A stretch of DNA of 45,275 nt from a virus (lineage: Duplodnaviria > Caudoviricetes): IMG/VR virus record IMGVR_UViG_3300014656_006074, positions 1 through 45,275 of that record, one strand, 5' to 3'. The position numbers were made by a program, and so were the translations under genes. This document shows positions 8,238 to 18,107 of this stretch, one piece after another. The notes below the pieces were generated by a model. It was not told where the DNA came from, ran no database searches, and worked only from the letters and a program-made list of their open reading frames with translations. Position 1 is the first letter of the stretch, and every line of letters starts with the position of its first letter.

Positions 8238-10582
8238 AAATTCTAAAATTAAAATTACGTGGTGCAATAGGGATTCATAAAGGATTAGGTGTGGATGAAA
8301 TTGAAATTGATTTTACTCAATTCAAACCGGGCTTAATTGCACTCACAGGGAAAAATGGATCAGGGAAAACTACTATCATGGAAAATTTACATCCTTTCAG
8401 AACCATGGTAAGTAGATCAGGCTCACTTCAATCGCATTTTTATCTAAAGGATTCGTACAGGATACTTGAATTTGAACATGCTGGAGATATCTACGAAAGC
8501 AGAATATTAATTGATGCGCTTACAAACGGATCTGAGGCTTATCTCAATATGTACCAGAAGAACGGGAATAATATGGTCCCTCTTAATGATGGTAAACTCA
8601 CAACCTACGATGAAGAAATTGAAAATGTTCTTGGTTCACCCGAACTGTTTTTCAACTCAGTTTTTTCTGGTCAAAAAAGCAAAGGAATTGCAGAACTGAA
8701 ACCGGCAGACAGAAGAAAACTCTTTTATGAATTATTGAATCTCAATGTTTACGAACAGTATTTAGAACAAACCAAATCCAAATTAAAAGCCTCAGAAATC
8801 CAATTGGCTGAAATTGAAGGCAAAATAAAATCTATTGATATAAGCCTGGATAAATGGAATGAGATGGAAACAGCTCGGGTAGAAGCTTTAAATCAACAGG
8901 CAAAACTTATTAGTGAAATATCAAGATGCGAAACGGAAATTGATAAAACTAATTCATCTATCCGGAAACTAGAAATAGAAATTTCAAAGTCTGAGGATGC
9001 AATAAAACGTAATGCGGAAATCCGTAAACAGATTAATGATAAAGAAGAAAGAATTGAATCACTTACCACTGCTCACAACAGCAAAATAACCAGATACAAT
9101 TCCGAGATTGAAGATTCTAATAAACTTATTCTTAAGAACAAATCGCTTGCTGAATCGAAAGTTGAGATTGAAAATAATATTGAATTGATCAGAAAGAACA
9201 TCGATAAGTTAAACGAAAAATCGAAAATTAAGATAGATCTCCAATCCAAATTATCCGAGTTGCAAAACAACTATTCAGCCGGGTTAAAACTATTTGAACC
9301 AAAGCAGAAAAATCTCACTGCATTGCGCCAGGATAAAATTAAAGCAGAGGCAGAACTCAAATCAGTTCAGCATGCTATTGATAGTTATAAGGGAAGTGTT
9401 AAGCTTATTGATAATGTCCCCTGCGATTCTGAGACGGGTACCAACTGCCAGTTCTTGAAAAAAGCATATGAGGAAAAACAAGCACTTCCAGAATTAATTA
9501 AAAAGCTGCAGGATGTTAATAATCAAGTTTCAGTTATAACTAATTCTATTTCTGAATTAGACGCGGAGCTTTGTGGTGAAATGGAGGAATTTGAATTGAC
9601 CTATCAGAATGAAGTAGCAAAGGTCAATTCCAAATTACTAACTGTTGATATCGAAATAGAAGGGCTTGCAATCGATAAATCACCTAATATAGAGAAATTA
9701 CAAAAAGCACTTACTGAAGCCAACGATGCTGAAAATCAAATCGCTTTATATCAACAGAAAATTGAATCAACTACAAATACCGTGCGTGAAGCAGTTGAGA
9801 CTTTTGATATCGAACTTTCACGTTTAAGATCAGAGATTGATCAACTAAACAAACAATTAGTTGACGAAAACTTCGAGCATTTGGATTTCGAACTTACTAA
9901 CTGCAAAGATGAATTAAAAATATTATTGGAATCTAAATCAGTTAAAACTAATGAGATGGATCAATACGGAAAGATTATCGCAACCATCGAAGTCGAACAG
10001 AAACAATTTCAGGATAACGAGAAAAAAGTCGCTGAGTTAACTTCACAGAAACAACATTTTGAAAAAGAAATCACAGACTGGACATTCCTTTGCAAAGCAT
10101 TTGATAAAACCGGAATCCCTGTATTGAAGCTTGAAAACTCCGGTGTTGAAATTACAATGATCGCAAATGATTTGCTTTCACTATTTGAAAACAAATTCAG
10201 GATAGTGTTTGAGACTACTTCGCTCACCAAAGATAAAAAGAAACTGAAAGAAACCTTCGACATAAACATTGTTGAAGAGGACGGTGTTTGTGAGATTTCA
10301 AATAAATCCGGAGGTCAGCAGGTCTGGCTGGAAACGGCAATTCAATTGGCAATCAGTCAGGTATCAAGACAGCAGGGTAAAAATATTGAAACCGGATTCC
10401 TTGATGAAAAGGACGGCGCTCTGGACCTCAATAATGCCTACGCATATATAGAGATGATTCGTAAAGCGCATGAGATGAGTGGTGTGCATAACACATTTGT
10501 AATTACGCACAGAAGTGAATTGCTGGACTTTATTCCTCAACAAGTCAAACTGGTTGATGGGTATTTAGAATTAATTAATTAA
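8234..10582 (+). CDS. sbcC: SbcC/Rad50-like SMC ATPase
   Basis: Walker A GKNGSGKTT, long coiled coil, signature SGGQQ, Walker B FLDE, H-loop ITH. Confidence 0.92.
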   Translation: MKILKLKLRGAIGIHKGLGVDEIEIDFTQFKPGLIALTGKNGSGKTTIMENLHPFRTMVSRSGSLQSHFYLKDSYRILEFEHAGDIYESRILIDALTNGSEAYLNMYQKNGNNMVPLNDGKLTTYDEEIENVLGSPELFFNSVFSGQKSKGIAELKPADRRKLFYELLNLNVYEQYLEQTKSKLKASEIQLAEIEGKIKSIDISLDKWNEMETARVEALNQQAKLISEISRCETEIDKTNSSIRKLEIEISKSEDAIKRNAEIRKQINDKEERIESLTTAHNSKITRYNSEIEDSNKLILKNKSLAESKVEIENNIELIRKNIDKLNEKSKIKIDLQSKLSELQNNYSAGLKLFEPKQKNLTALRQDKIKAEAELKSVQHAIDSYKGSVKLIDNVPCDSETGTNCQFLKKAYEEKQALPELIKKLQDVNNQVSVITNSISELDAELCGEMEEFELTYQNEVAKVNSKLLTVDIEIEGLAIDKSPNIEKLQKALTEANDAENQIALYQQKIESTTNTVREAVETFDIELSRLRSEIDQLNKQLVDENFEHLDFELTNCKDELKILLESKSVKTNEMDQYGKIIATIEVEQKQFQDNEKKVAELTSQKQHFEKEITDWTFLCKAFDKTGIPVLKLENSGVEITMIANDLLSLFENKFRIVFETTSLTKDKKKLKETFDINIVEEDGVCEISNKSGGQQVWLETAIQLAISQVSRQQGKNIETGFLDEKDGALDLNNAYAYIEMIRKAHEMSGVHNTFVITHRSELLDFIPQQVKLVDGYLELIN

Positions 10583-10587
10583 GTGAT

Positions 10588-10649
10588 TGGGGCTAGCGGT
10601 GGCCCTCGCCGCGAAAGGATCTCCCAGGTCTTGCCCCACTAATTTTTTT
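10588..10649 (+). terminator. GC-rich branched stem-loop followed by a T-run (terminator or attenuator candidate)
   Basis: Outer stem TGGGGC/GCCCCA enclosing two hairpins; T7 at 10643-10649. Confidence 0.5.
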
Positions 10650-10659
10650 AAGGATTAAT

Positions 10660-10869
10660 ATGAAAATAGAGATCACACAAAAAGAATATAATAAAGAACT
10701 TCATTTCTCTTTAGATACCGGCGCAACAGTTGATAAACTCGAACAGGAAATTGTGATTGAATGCGTTGCTCAACTTAAGGAGCCATATCAAAAAAGAAGA
10801 TTATTACGTGAAGTCGCCAGAGAAATCAAACAAATGCTTGAGAGTCGAGATGCCAAAAATTCTAAATGA
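10660..10869 (+). CDS. Hypothetical protein
   Basis: RBS AAGGA; overlaps the helicase start. Confidence 0.6.
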   Translation: MKIEITQKEYNKELHFSLDTGATVDKLEQEIVIECVAQLKEPYQKRRLLREVAREIKQMLESRDAKNSK

Positions 10870-12454
10870 AAGAGTATTTGATCTTAGAGATTGGCAGGCT
10901 GAAGCTTTCAGAAAAATTGTAAAGTATGTTCAGGATGGGAAGGTGGATTTCTTGTGTGTGGCAACACCCGGCTCAGGAAAAACAAGACTCGGGCTCAGGG
11001 TTGCACATTACCTCATGAAAGAAAGTTACTGTGATCGAGTGGTGGTAGTTACTCCAACAGATTCTTTAAAGCGCCAATGGGCAGCAAATGCAGCCACTTA
11101 CTCGGGTTTGGATATCGATCCGGATTTCACAAATAATCATGGAATTGAAGCGGAGGATTATCACGGTATAGCAATTACTTACTCTCTTCTTGGTATGGAT
11201 AAAAAAGGAATACATGCCCAAAACACATTTAATAAAAGAACATTTGTAATTCTTGATGAGCCTCATCACATGGGAGAAAGTCTTAACTGGGGTGATTCCG
11301 CAGTGAAAGCTTTTGAAGGTGCCGTGTTTAGACTTTCTATTTCCGGCACGGCATTCAGATCAGATGATAATCCGATTCCGTTTATAAAGTATGAAAACAG
11401 AATGTCAGTCGCAGATTACAATTATTCCTATGATCGAGCAATAAGAGAGAATGTATGCAGACCGGTTTACTTTTCCATTTACGATGGGAAGATGAAGTGG
11501 AAAGTCTCGCAACAGGAATTTGAACATACTTTCACCGAGTCATTGGCCCCAGATCAGGTTTCTAAGAGGTTGAAAACAGCTCTGGATCCGAAAGGAAATT
11601 GGGTCCGTGATATAATAAAAGCCGCGGATATAAAACTAACAGAAATTCGACGCACTCATCACGATGCTGCCGCGCTTGTTTTTGCCGCGACTCAGAAACA
11701 CGCCAAAGAAATCGCAAAGGTTATTGAGGAATTAACCGGTGTTTTACCACCTGTAGTAGTAAGTGAAGAAACCGATAGCAATGGGAAAATCGATCATTTC
11801 CGTAGCAGTACAGATCGGTGGTTGGTATCGGTTAAAATGGTTTCTGAAGGTGTGGATATTCCAAGATTACGAGTAGGGGTTTACTTTACCATTGTAAAGG
11901 CAGAACTCTTCTTCAGGCAGGCTGTGGGGCGTTTTGTGAGGGTATTATCGCATCTGCAGTGGCAGGATGCATTTGTGTTTATACCTCAGGATCGAGAAAT
12001 CGTTAAACTGGCTGAATCAATTCAGGAAGAGCGTGAACATGCCCTGGATGAAGCAAAAAAAGCATCAATGAATGGTGAAGACGGAGATCTGTTCGGAAGT
12101 GATTATACCCCGGCATTAATAGGAAAATTTGTTCCCCTTGGAAGTGAAGCCACAGGTGAAAGAACGATTGCTGTGACTTTTGATATTTCCACCGGGATGA
12201 AAGAATCTATTCATAAATCTGTGAACGTTGAATCCCCGGTTTATTTGCAGAAAGAAAATCTCCGGAACAGGTTGAATCAAATGGCAAAAAGAATTGCATT
12301 GAGACAACGAAACGGGAATTCTCAAACAAAGCCCGATTGGAAGTTCGCTCATAAAAAATGGATTGACTTTGGCGGTAAAGAAATGGAATTGGAGACTATC
12401 AAAGAACTTGAAAGTCGAGTTCAGTTTTATAAAAATTTATTGAGAAACAATTAA
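10850..12454 (+). CDS. SF2 (DExH/Res-III-like) helicase
   Basis: LRDWQ, ATPGSGKT, ILDEPHH, SGTA, SEGVDIP, QAVGRFVR motifs; start moved to MPKILN. Confidence 0.88.
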   Translation: MPKILNERVFDLRDWQAEAFRKIVKYVQDGKVDFLCVATPGSGKTRLGLRVAHYLMKESYCDRVVVVTPTDSLKRQWAANAATYSGLDIDPDFTNNHGIEAEDYHGIAITYSLLGMDKKGIHAQNTFNKRTFVILDEPHHMGESLNWGDSAVKAFEGAVFRLSISGTAFRSDDNPIPFIKYENRMSVADYNYSYDRAIRENVCRPVYFSIYDGKMKWKVSQQEFEHTFTESLAPDQVSKRLKTALDPKGNWVRDIIKAADIKLTEIRRTHHDAAALVFAATQKHAKEIAKVIEELTGVLPPVVVSEETDSNGKIDHFRSSTDRWLVSVKMVSEGVDIPRLRVGVYFTIVKAELFFRQAVGRFVRVLSHLQWQDAFVFIPQDREIVKLAESIQEEREHALDEAKKASMNGEDGDLFGSDYTPALIGKFVPLGSEATGERTIAVTFDISTGMKESIHKSVNVESPVYLQKENLRNRLNQMAKRIALRQRNGNSQTKPDWKFAHKKWIDFGGKEMELETIKELESRVQFYKNLLRNN

Positions 12455-12456
12455 TT

Positions 12457-13542
12457 ATGAAAACTAATATCGATTACTACCCTCATAAGTCTGAAGCTCA
12501 CAGACACGCAAAATTTAAAACTCTGAGATCAATGTATGGGAATTCAAACGAAGGCTGGGCCGCAGAAGGAAGATTTTGGGCTCTAAATAATTTAATTGCC
12601 TCGGCTGATAACTGCCAACTTGATCTAACAAAAAAGAGAAATATGGGTAGTTGTGCGGACGAATTAGGTATGTCGATTGAAGATTTCTCCACGTTTATTT
12701 CCATTTTATCCGGGGAGGATGTCGATTTATTGTCGGAGATTTCTCCGGGAATTTTCACAACTGAGACTGTTCAAGAAACCTATTCTTCAGTTTATTCGGA
12801 GAGAAAACGTGCAAAGAAAAAGTACGAAGAAAGCAAAAAAGAGGTCAATATTACAACTTCCGAGGAGAAAACGGATTTCTCCGGGGAGAATTTAGAAACT
12901 TCCTCGGAGAATTTATACAAAGTGAAAGGAAGTGAAGTGAAAGGAATGGAAGGGAATAAAAAGGAAGTGAATGAAAAGAAAAAACTGCCCACTTCTCCAC
13001 TTCCTCAAACTTCTTTTGCAAATACTCCCAATTCAAAAACTTCCACTTCTCACTTGGGGTTCGTTAAAAATCTTTTTGCTGAACACACTCGCATTCGTGA
13101 TCCGAATCTCACAACTCACGTTGAACCGATCCTGAAATTCTTTGAACAGGTCCCTGAGCATTTGACTGAAATCGATATTAACCAGTGCATTTTGTCCTCA
13201 TTCGAGAAGCTTTCACCCGATAAAGGGGTTAAAATGGACTACTTACTCGAGAATATTCAGCGAAATGTTACAGCTAAACACGAACTTATCTTGGAAAAAA
13301 TTAAGGAACCACTTCTGAATCAGGCTAAAAATGATAGAATTTTAGAAGAAAAACAAAAAGCTGAAGAAGAGAAACAGTACAAAATCAAAAAAATCCGAGT
13401 GTACATGGAATTTGTGGATAAAAACCCGGAACTCTTTTCAGCAAAAGAGATTAACGAATTGTCGAAATATTTTCAAAAAGGCGAATTAATCCCTGCAGGA
13501 GCCATAATCGAACCAAAAATGACGACCGTTGATCTGATTTAA
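12457..13542 (+). CDS. Replication initiator (DUF4373-like N-terminus)
   Basis: IDYYPH...KFKTLRSMYG...GRFWAL N-terminus; internal low-complexity linker carrying DNA repeats. Confidence 0.7.
   Translation: MKTNIDYYPHKSEAHRHAKFKTLRSMYGNSNEGWAAEGRFWALNNLIASADNCQLDLTKKRNMGSCADELGMSIEDFSTFISILSGEDVDLLSEISPGIFTTETVQETYSSVYSERKRAKKKYEESKKEVNITTSEEKTDFSGENLETSSENLYKVKGSEVKGMEGNKKEVNEKKKLPTSPLPQTSFANTPNSKTSTSHLGFVKNLFAEHTRIRDPNLTTHVEPILKFFEQVPEHLTEIDINQCILSSFEKLSPDKGVKMDYLLENIQRNVTAKHELILEKIKEPLLNQAKNDRILEEKQKAEEEKQYKIKKIRVYMEFVDKNPELFSAKEINELSKYFQKGELIPAGAIIEPKMTTVDLI
12856..12985 (+). repeat. Iteron-like 21-bp repeats plus purine-rich tract (probable phage origin)
   Basis: ACTTCCGAGGAGAAAACGGAT / TTCTCCGGGGAGAATTTAGAA / ACTTCCTCGGAGAATTTATAC at 12856, 12877, 12898, followed by an AAGTGAAAGGA-type tract. 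Confidence 0.65.
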
Positions 13543-13552
13543 TTAGTAAAAA

Positions 13553-13972
13553 ATGACGTTAAGGAGAATAATCATGAATTACATTGTCAGAAACAAAATA
13601 ACAAAAACTGTAATGACTAAACCGGTGAGGTCGAGTTTAGCGCATGAAATCTGTTCAAAGCTTAACAGGACATCTTCAAATCAAAAATACGAACTGGCGC
13701 CTGTGAGTGAGAGCGCAGAAAAACTTTCAAACGTTTTGAGACCGATGACAGAAGATGAAATCTATGCAGTTAAAAATTTGACTGGCATCAACTATTCACC
13801 TGGAGCCGGACACAGTGATTTTGTTAATTCGATGCTCTTAAAAGTCCAAACGAACGATCTAAATATTTCAGAAAAACAGTCGGCATATCTGTGGTTTATC
13901 GTTTTTCATTATCGCGCGCAGATCTCGGATGCATCTCTAATTTCAAAAGCAGAAAAAAACAAGGCTTATTAG
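13553..13972 (+). CDS. Hypothetical protein (probable start MNYIV at 13574)
   Basis: RBS AAGGAG precedes the second Met; in-operon position. Confidence 0.65.
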   Translation: MTLRRIIMNYIVRNKITKTVMTKPVRSSLAHEICSKLNRTSSNQKYELAPVSESAEKLSNVLRPMTEDEIYAVKNLTGINYSPGAGHSDFVNSMLLKVQTNDLNISEKQSAYLWFIVFHYRAQISDASLISKAEKNKAY

Positions 13973-13973
13973 C

Positions 13974-14420
13974 ATGAGTCGATTTTCAGGATGGACGATG
14001 AGGGATGTTGAGCGCCTGAGCAGTGATGGTGTGGAGCTGGCAGTCAAAGTAAGACGGAATCGGCAGTCGCCAGATGGCCCGGACTATGTAGGAATGATTT
14101 CAGGCGCACTTACGATTCTGAATATTGATCATGTTCGGGAATATAAATTTTTGCACGATCGGCGATTCAGGTTCGATATCGCCATTCCGAAACACAACAT
14201 TGCGGTTGAATTTGAAGGCGGCATTTACAAAAACGGACGGCATACTCGAGGCGCTGGCTACGCTAAGGATGCTAAGAAGTACAATCTTGCAGTCAGGCAT
14301 GGCTGGAAACTTCTGAGGTATACGACGGCTGATGTAAAAATAACTAATTGGGAGTTTAAAGTAGCTTCAGATGTTAAGCAATTGATTTCTTGTAATTCAG
14401 TAAATCCTAAAGATTTTTAG
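13974..14420 (+). CDS. Vsr/DUF559-like phage endonuclease
   Basis: EYKF...RFRFDIA...AVEFEGG...RH...D..KYN...GWKLLR pattern. Confidence 0.8.
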   Translation: MSRFSGWTMRDVERLSSDGVELAVKVRRNRQSPDGPDYVGMISGALTILNIDHVREYKFLHDRRFRFDIAIPKHNIAVEFEGGIYKNGRHTRGAGYAKDAKKYNLAVRHGWKLLRYTTADVKITNWEFKVASDVKQLISCNSVNPKDF

Positions 14421-14450
14421 GATTTATTTTAATTCCAGTCAAATTATTAT
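14401..14450 (+). promoter_or_regulatory. Putative late promoter 1: palindromic activator site plus -10
   Basis: TAAATCCTAAA-GATT-TTTAGGATTTA at 14401-14426; TATTAT at 14445-14450. The 21-bp core is identical at 30018-30038. Confidence 0.7.
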
Positions 14451-14466
14451 TCAGTGGGAAAAAATA

Positions 14467-14688
14467 ATGGATAAAGACCTCAAATTGGATTTGTTGAGAG
14501 TATTCGTAAAGCATGACGTTCTTCCGGAGACTGCAGTCAGGAATGAAGAAATAATAATCAAATATAAAGAGCTTCGTGAATCCGGCATTACAGGGAAAGA
14601 GGCACGTCATAAACTGGCTGAGGAGTATTTCACTTCGATTAAAAACATAGAATTCATTCTGTACGGGAAAAGGAAAAATGACAAATAA
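14467..14688 (+). CDS. Mor/C-like late transcription activator candidate
   Basis: RNEEIIIKYKEL...G...LAEEYFTSIKNIEFIL HTH pattern; heads the packaging operon. Confidence 0.6.
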   Translation: MDKDLKLDLLRVFVKHDVLPETAVRNEEIIIKYKELRESGITGKEARHKLAEEYFTSIKNIEFILYGKRKNDK

Positions 14689-16036
14689 AAAATTATCGGA
14701 TCTTAAATCGGCAGACTACAATCCAAGAACCATTTCTGAAAAAGCTCTCTCAGGATTAAAGTACTCTATCGATGAGTTCGGTGACATTTCAGGTTTTGTG
14801 TTCAATAGACGGACAGGCAATCTGGTTGCTGCACATCAAAGAAAATCTGCACTCGAACTCTCAGACGGCGATTATGATATCGAAATTATCGATCAATACG
14901 ATACACCGTCAGATAAAGGCACTGTAGCCTATGGCTTTGTTGATTTCAATGGAGAGCGATTTAATTATCGAGAGGTTGACTGGGATTTAAGCAAAGAGAA
15001 AGCCGCAAACATTGCCGCCAATTCACCTACCATCCAGGGTGAATTTACGAGCGGTGTCGCCCTGGTTCTTGAGGATATAAATCTTACTGATAGTTCTTTG
15101 TTTTCTGCATTAGCGTTTAATGAACTCGATATTCCGGATTTGGAAGTTTCCATCGAGGAAGATGATTTTGATGTTGAAAAAGAACTTGAGGCGATTGTTG
15201 AACCGAGAACTAAACCCGGAGATCTCTATCAACTTGGTGTTCACAGATTGTTGTGTGGTGATTCTACTAAGCGTGAGGATGTTGAACGAGTGATGAATAG
15301 TGAACAAGCAAGATTAATCTTTACAGATCCTCCGTATAACGTTGATTACAAATCCCCTAGTAGTTTATCCTATGATTCTACAAAATTCGGTGGTACAGGT
15401 GGAAAGATGTTTAATGATAACAAAAGCGATATAGAATGTTTGGAATTTTACTCTGATGTTTTAAGAAACCTTCATGAATTTTCTACTGATGATGTTACTC
15501 TCTTTTGGTGGTTTGCAAATAAGAATCATACGATTAACAGACAGGCATTTGAAAATACGAAATGGTATTTCTCTCAAGTTGTGATATGGGTTAAAAATAG
15601 TTTTGTGTTCAGTCGAGGTCAGAATTTCCACAGAATGTATGAACCGTGTATGGTGGGTTGGAAGAAAGGGAAAAAGCATTATAAAAATAAAGAACTCAGT
15701 AATCTCGCCGATGTTTATAACCTCGACTATGATGATTTCATTGATCAATTTGATTTGTGGTATGAAAAACGAGATGTGACAAATCAATATTTACATCCCA
15801 CTCAAAAGCCGGTCAGACTAGCAGAACGAGCACTTCGTAGAAACAGTCAGGTTAATGATTTGGTGGTGGATTTATTCGGAGGAAGCGGATCCACAATGAT
15901 TGCCTGTGAACAGCTGGAGAGGAAATGTAACTTGATTGAGCTGGATCCTAAATTCTGTGATGTGATTGTAAAACGATTAATGAAATTCAAGAATGTTTCC
16001 AAAGTTATTCTGAACGGCGAAGAAATAGAGTTCTAA
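14678..16036 (+). CDS. ParB-like N-terminal domain fused to a beta-class N4C/N6A DNA methyltransferase
   Basis: ADYNPR...GNLVAAHQR; catalytic TDPPY precedes HPTQKP and the SAM-binding DLFGGSGST. Confidence 0.9.
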   Translation: MTNKKLSDLKSADYNPRTISEKALSGLKYSIDEFGDISGFVFNRRTGNLVAAHQRKSALELSDGDYDIEIIDQYDTPSDKGTVAYGFVDFNGERFNYREVDWDLSKEKAANIAANSPTIQGEFTSGVALVLEDINLTDSSLFSALAFNELDIPDLEVSIEEDDFDVEKELEAIVEPRTKPGDLYQLGVHRLLCGDSTKREDVERVMNSEQARLIFTDPPYNVDYKSPSSLSYDSTKFGGTGGKMFNDNKSDIECLEFYSDVLRNLHEFSTDDVTLFWWFANKNHTINRQAFENTKWYFSQVVIWVKNSFVFSRGQNFHRMYEPCMVGWKKGKKHYKNKELSNLADVYNLDYDDFIDQFDLWYEKRDVTNQYLHPTQKPVRLAERALRRNSQVNDLVVDLFGGSGSTMIACEQLERKCNLIELDPKFCDVIVKRLMKFKNVSKVILNGEEIEF

Positions 16037-16037
16037 A

Positions 16038-16550
16038 ATGCCACGTGCAAAATCAAAACATACCGATACTATCTGGGTTCGTATAGATTCCGTAATTGGA
16101 CTAATTCTTGAAAATGATCGATATCTCAACAGCAAACGAGTTAAAGAACTATGCAGTATTATTTCTGAAAAATTTGATGTATCCAAAAGAACTGCCGAGC
16201 GATACATAGTTGAGGCAAAAAGAGAAATATCGAAGCTTGGGAAAAAGGATACAAAAAAAGCATTTAAAAAAGCGATTCATGATAGAGAGTTTCTTCTTCA
16301 AAAAGCGAAAGGCGTAAAAGATGATAAAGGATATTATCAGATAAAACCCGATTTCAAACTCGCACTCGAGATTGTAAAGGATCGGGATAAATTAAATGGA
16401 TTGTACTTTGATGAAATAAAACAGACCGGTGAAATAACTATTCGAAATGTCGATTTAAGTAAGTTCACTGAATTCGGATTGGAAAGACTTAAACGTGGTG
16501 ATAAAATTGAAGAAGTATTGATGGATCCTAAATCGGTGAAACAAGAATAA
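16038..16550 (+). CDS. Terminase small subunit (probable)
   Basis: HTH (KFDVSKRTAERYI); directly upstream of and overlapping terL. Confidence 0.65.
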   Translation: MPRAKSKHTDTIWVRIDSVIGLILENDRYLNSKRVKELCSIISEKFDVSKRTAERYIVEAKREISKLGKKDTKKAFKKAIHDREFLLQKAKGVKDDKGYYQIKPDFKLALEIVKDRDKLNGLYFDEIKQTGEITIRNVDLSKFTEFGLERLKRGDKIEEVLMDPKSVKQE

Positions 16551-18097
16551 TGGAAATAACTCAAATACAATTAGCCGCACACGCTGAAGCTGAATTAAGA
16601 AGACGAAGGCAGGAGCGTCTGCAACATTACAGCACACAGAGAGAGTTTTATCAGACTCATCCATTGGATTATTTGAAAGATAGATTAGGCATTATTCCTG
16701 AAACAATAAACTGGGAAATGTTTCCTCAGTACAACGAACACAAGTGGGACGGCACTAGAAATCCGTTTATGAAAGTTCTGGAGACCTTAGCCGATGGCAA
16801 ATGGTGTGGAGTGGAATCTGCCACCGGTGTCGGTAAAACATTTCTCGGAGCCGCAATTACTTTATGGTTTCTCGAATCGTTTGAAAACAGTAGAGTAATT
16901 ACGACAGCGCCTAAAGCTGATCAGCTTTTCTCACAGATTTGGGGTGAAATATCAAAACTGTTTCCAAGCTTCAACAAAGGCACCCTGCTGAGTTCCGGAG
17001 AATTACGAATGAATAACGATCCGCTGTCTCTTTGGAAAGCAGAGGCATTCGTTGCTGGTGTTCAGACTAATGAGGAGTCAACAAAGAAGGCACAGGGTTT
17101 TCATGCAGAGCATATGTTAATAATTCTTGAAGAAACTCCCGGGATCCCGGCTCCGACAATAGCGGCACTTCAGAATACTTCCGGAGCTCCTCACAACCTA
17201 ATTCTTGCATTCGGTAATCCTGATCACCAGTTGGATAATTTGCATCGATTCTGTGTGCAGGAAAATGTGGTTCATGTTCGCATTAGTGCTTACGATCATC
17301 CGAATGTGGTCCTGAATAATCACAGCATTATTCCAGGCGCGGCTAGTACAGTCGGCATTCAAAGAATTATTAGTCGGTTCGGACAGGACACGCCTCTTAC
17401 TCTCTCACGTACACGTGGAATTTCGCCGGCTCAGTCGATTGACGCATTAATAAAAATTGAATGGTGCATAAATGCTGTGGAACAGTTCAAGGATTTTCTT
17501 GATGACAACAACAATGTGAATTTGGAGAAGATTATTGGTGATAAAGGTTTGGGTGTTGATGTTGCGAACAGCGAGTACGGTGATAAAGCCGCATACTGCC
17601 ATGGGAAAGGAAATGTTTGTTTTAAGATTGAGGACTTTCAGTGTCCGGATTCCAACCAGCTGGGTCATCAGGTTTATTTGTTAGTTGGTGCCGAGAATAT
17701 AAGTCTGAAATGTTTGGGCATCGATGGAGTTGGAGTTGGCGCCGGTACGATTAACACGCTTAAAGAATATGGAATACGTGATTCAGCTATTAATCTTCAG
17801 GGAGCCGCACAGCCACTTGAAATAGGTTTGGAAGAGAAGTTTAATAATCTTAGAAGCCAGATGTGGTGGCAGACTCGTGAGGATTTACGTCTTGGTGATG
17901 TAGTAATGCTGAACGACGAGGAGCTGATTGCTGATTTAACAACTCCGAAATTCGAAGTAAAGAACGGAAAGATACATGTTGAGAGTAAAGAAGATATAAA
18001 GAAACGACTTGGAAGATCTCCAAACAAAGGTGATGCTTTTGTTTACTGGAACTGGAGACGTAAACCGAGAAGCAGAAACATCGAATTTCTTAAATGA
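16550..18097 (+). CDS. terL: Terminase large subunit
   Basis: Walker A SATGVGKT, TTAP, Walker B IILEE, GNP; nuclease motifs GVDVA, IDGVGVG, SPNKGDA. Confidence 0.92.
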   Translation: MEITQIQLAAHAEAELRRRRQERLQHYSTQREFYQTHPLDYLKDRLGIIPETINWEMFPQYNEHKWDGTRNPFMKVLETLADGKWCGVESATGVGKTFLGAAITLWFLESFENSRVITTAPKADQLFSQIWGEISKLFPSFNKGTLLSSGELRMNNDPLSLWKAEAFVAGVQTNEESTKKAQGFHAEHMLIILEETPGIPAPTIAALQNTSGAPHNLILAFGNPDHQLDNLHRFCVQENVVHVRISAYDHPNVVLNNHSIIPGAASTVGIQRIISRFGQDTPLTLSRTRGISPAQSIDALIKIEWCINAVEQFKDFLDDNNNVNLEKIIGDKGLGVDVANSEYGDKAAYCHGKGNVCFKIEDFQCPDSNQLGHQVYLLVGAENISLKCLGIDGVGVGAGTINTLKEYGIRDSAINLQGAAQPLEIGLEEKFNNLRSQMWWQTREDLRLGDVVMLNDEELIADLTTPKFEVKNGKIHVESKEDIKKRLGRSPNKGDAFVYWNWRRKPRSRNIEFLK

Positions 18098-18107
18098 GGA
18101 AAATGAA

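Noticed and set aside
10588-10638. Hammerhead or HDV-like ribozyme
   Set aside because: GAAA is present but the CUGANGA core is not, and the nested pseudoknot order of HDV-like ribozymes cannot be built.
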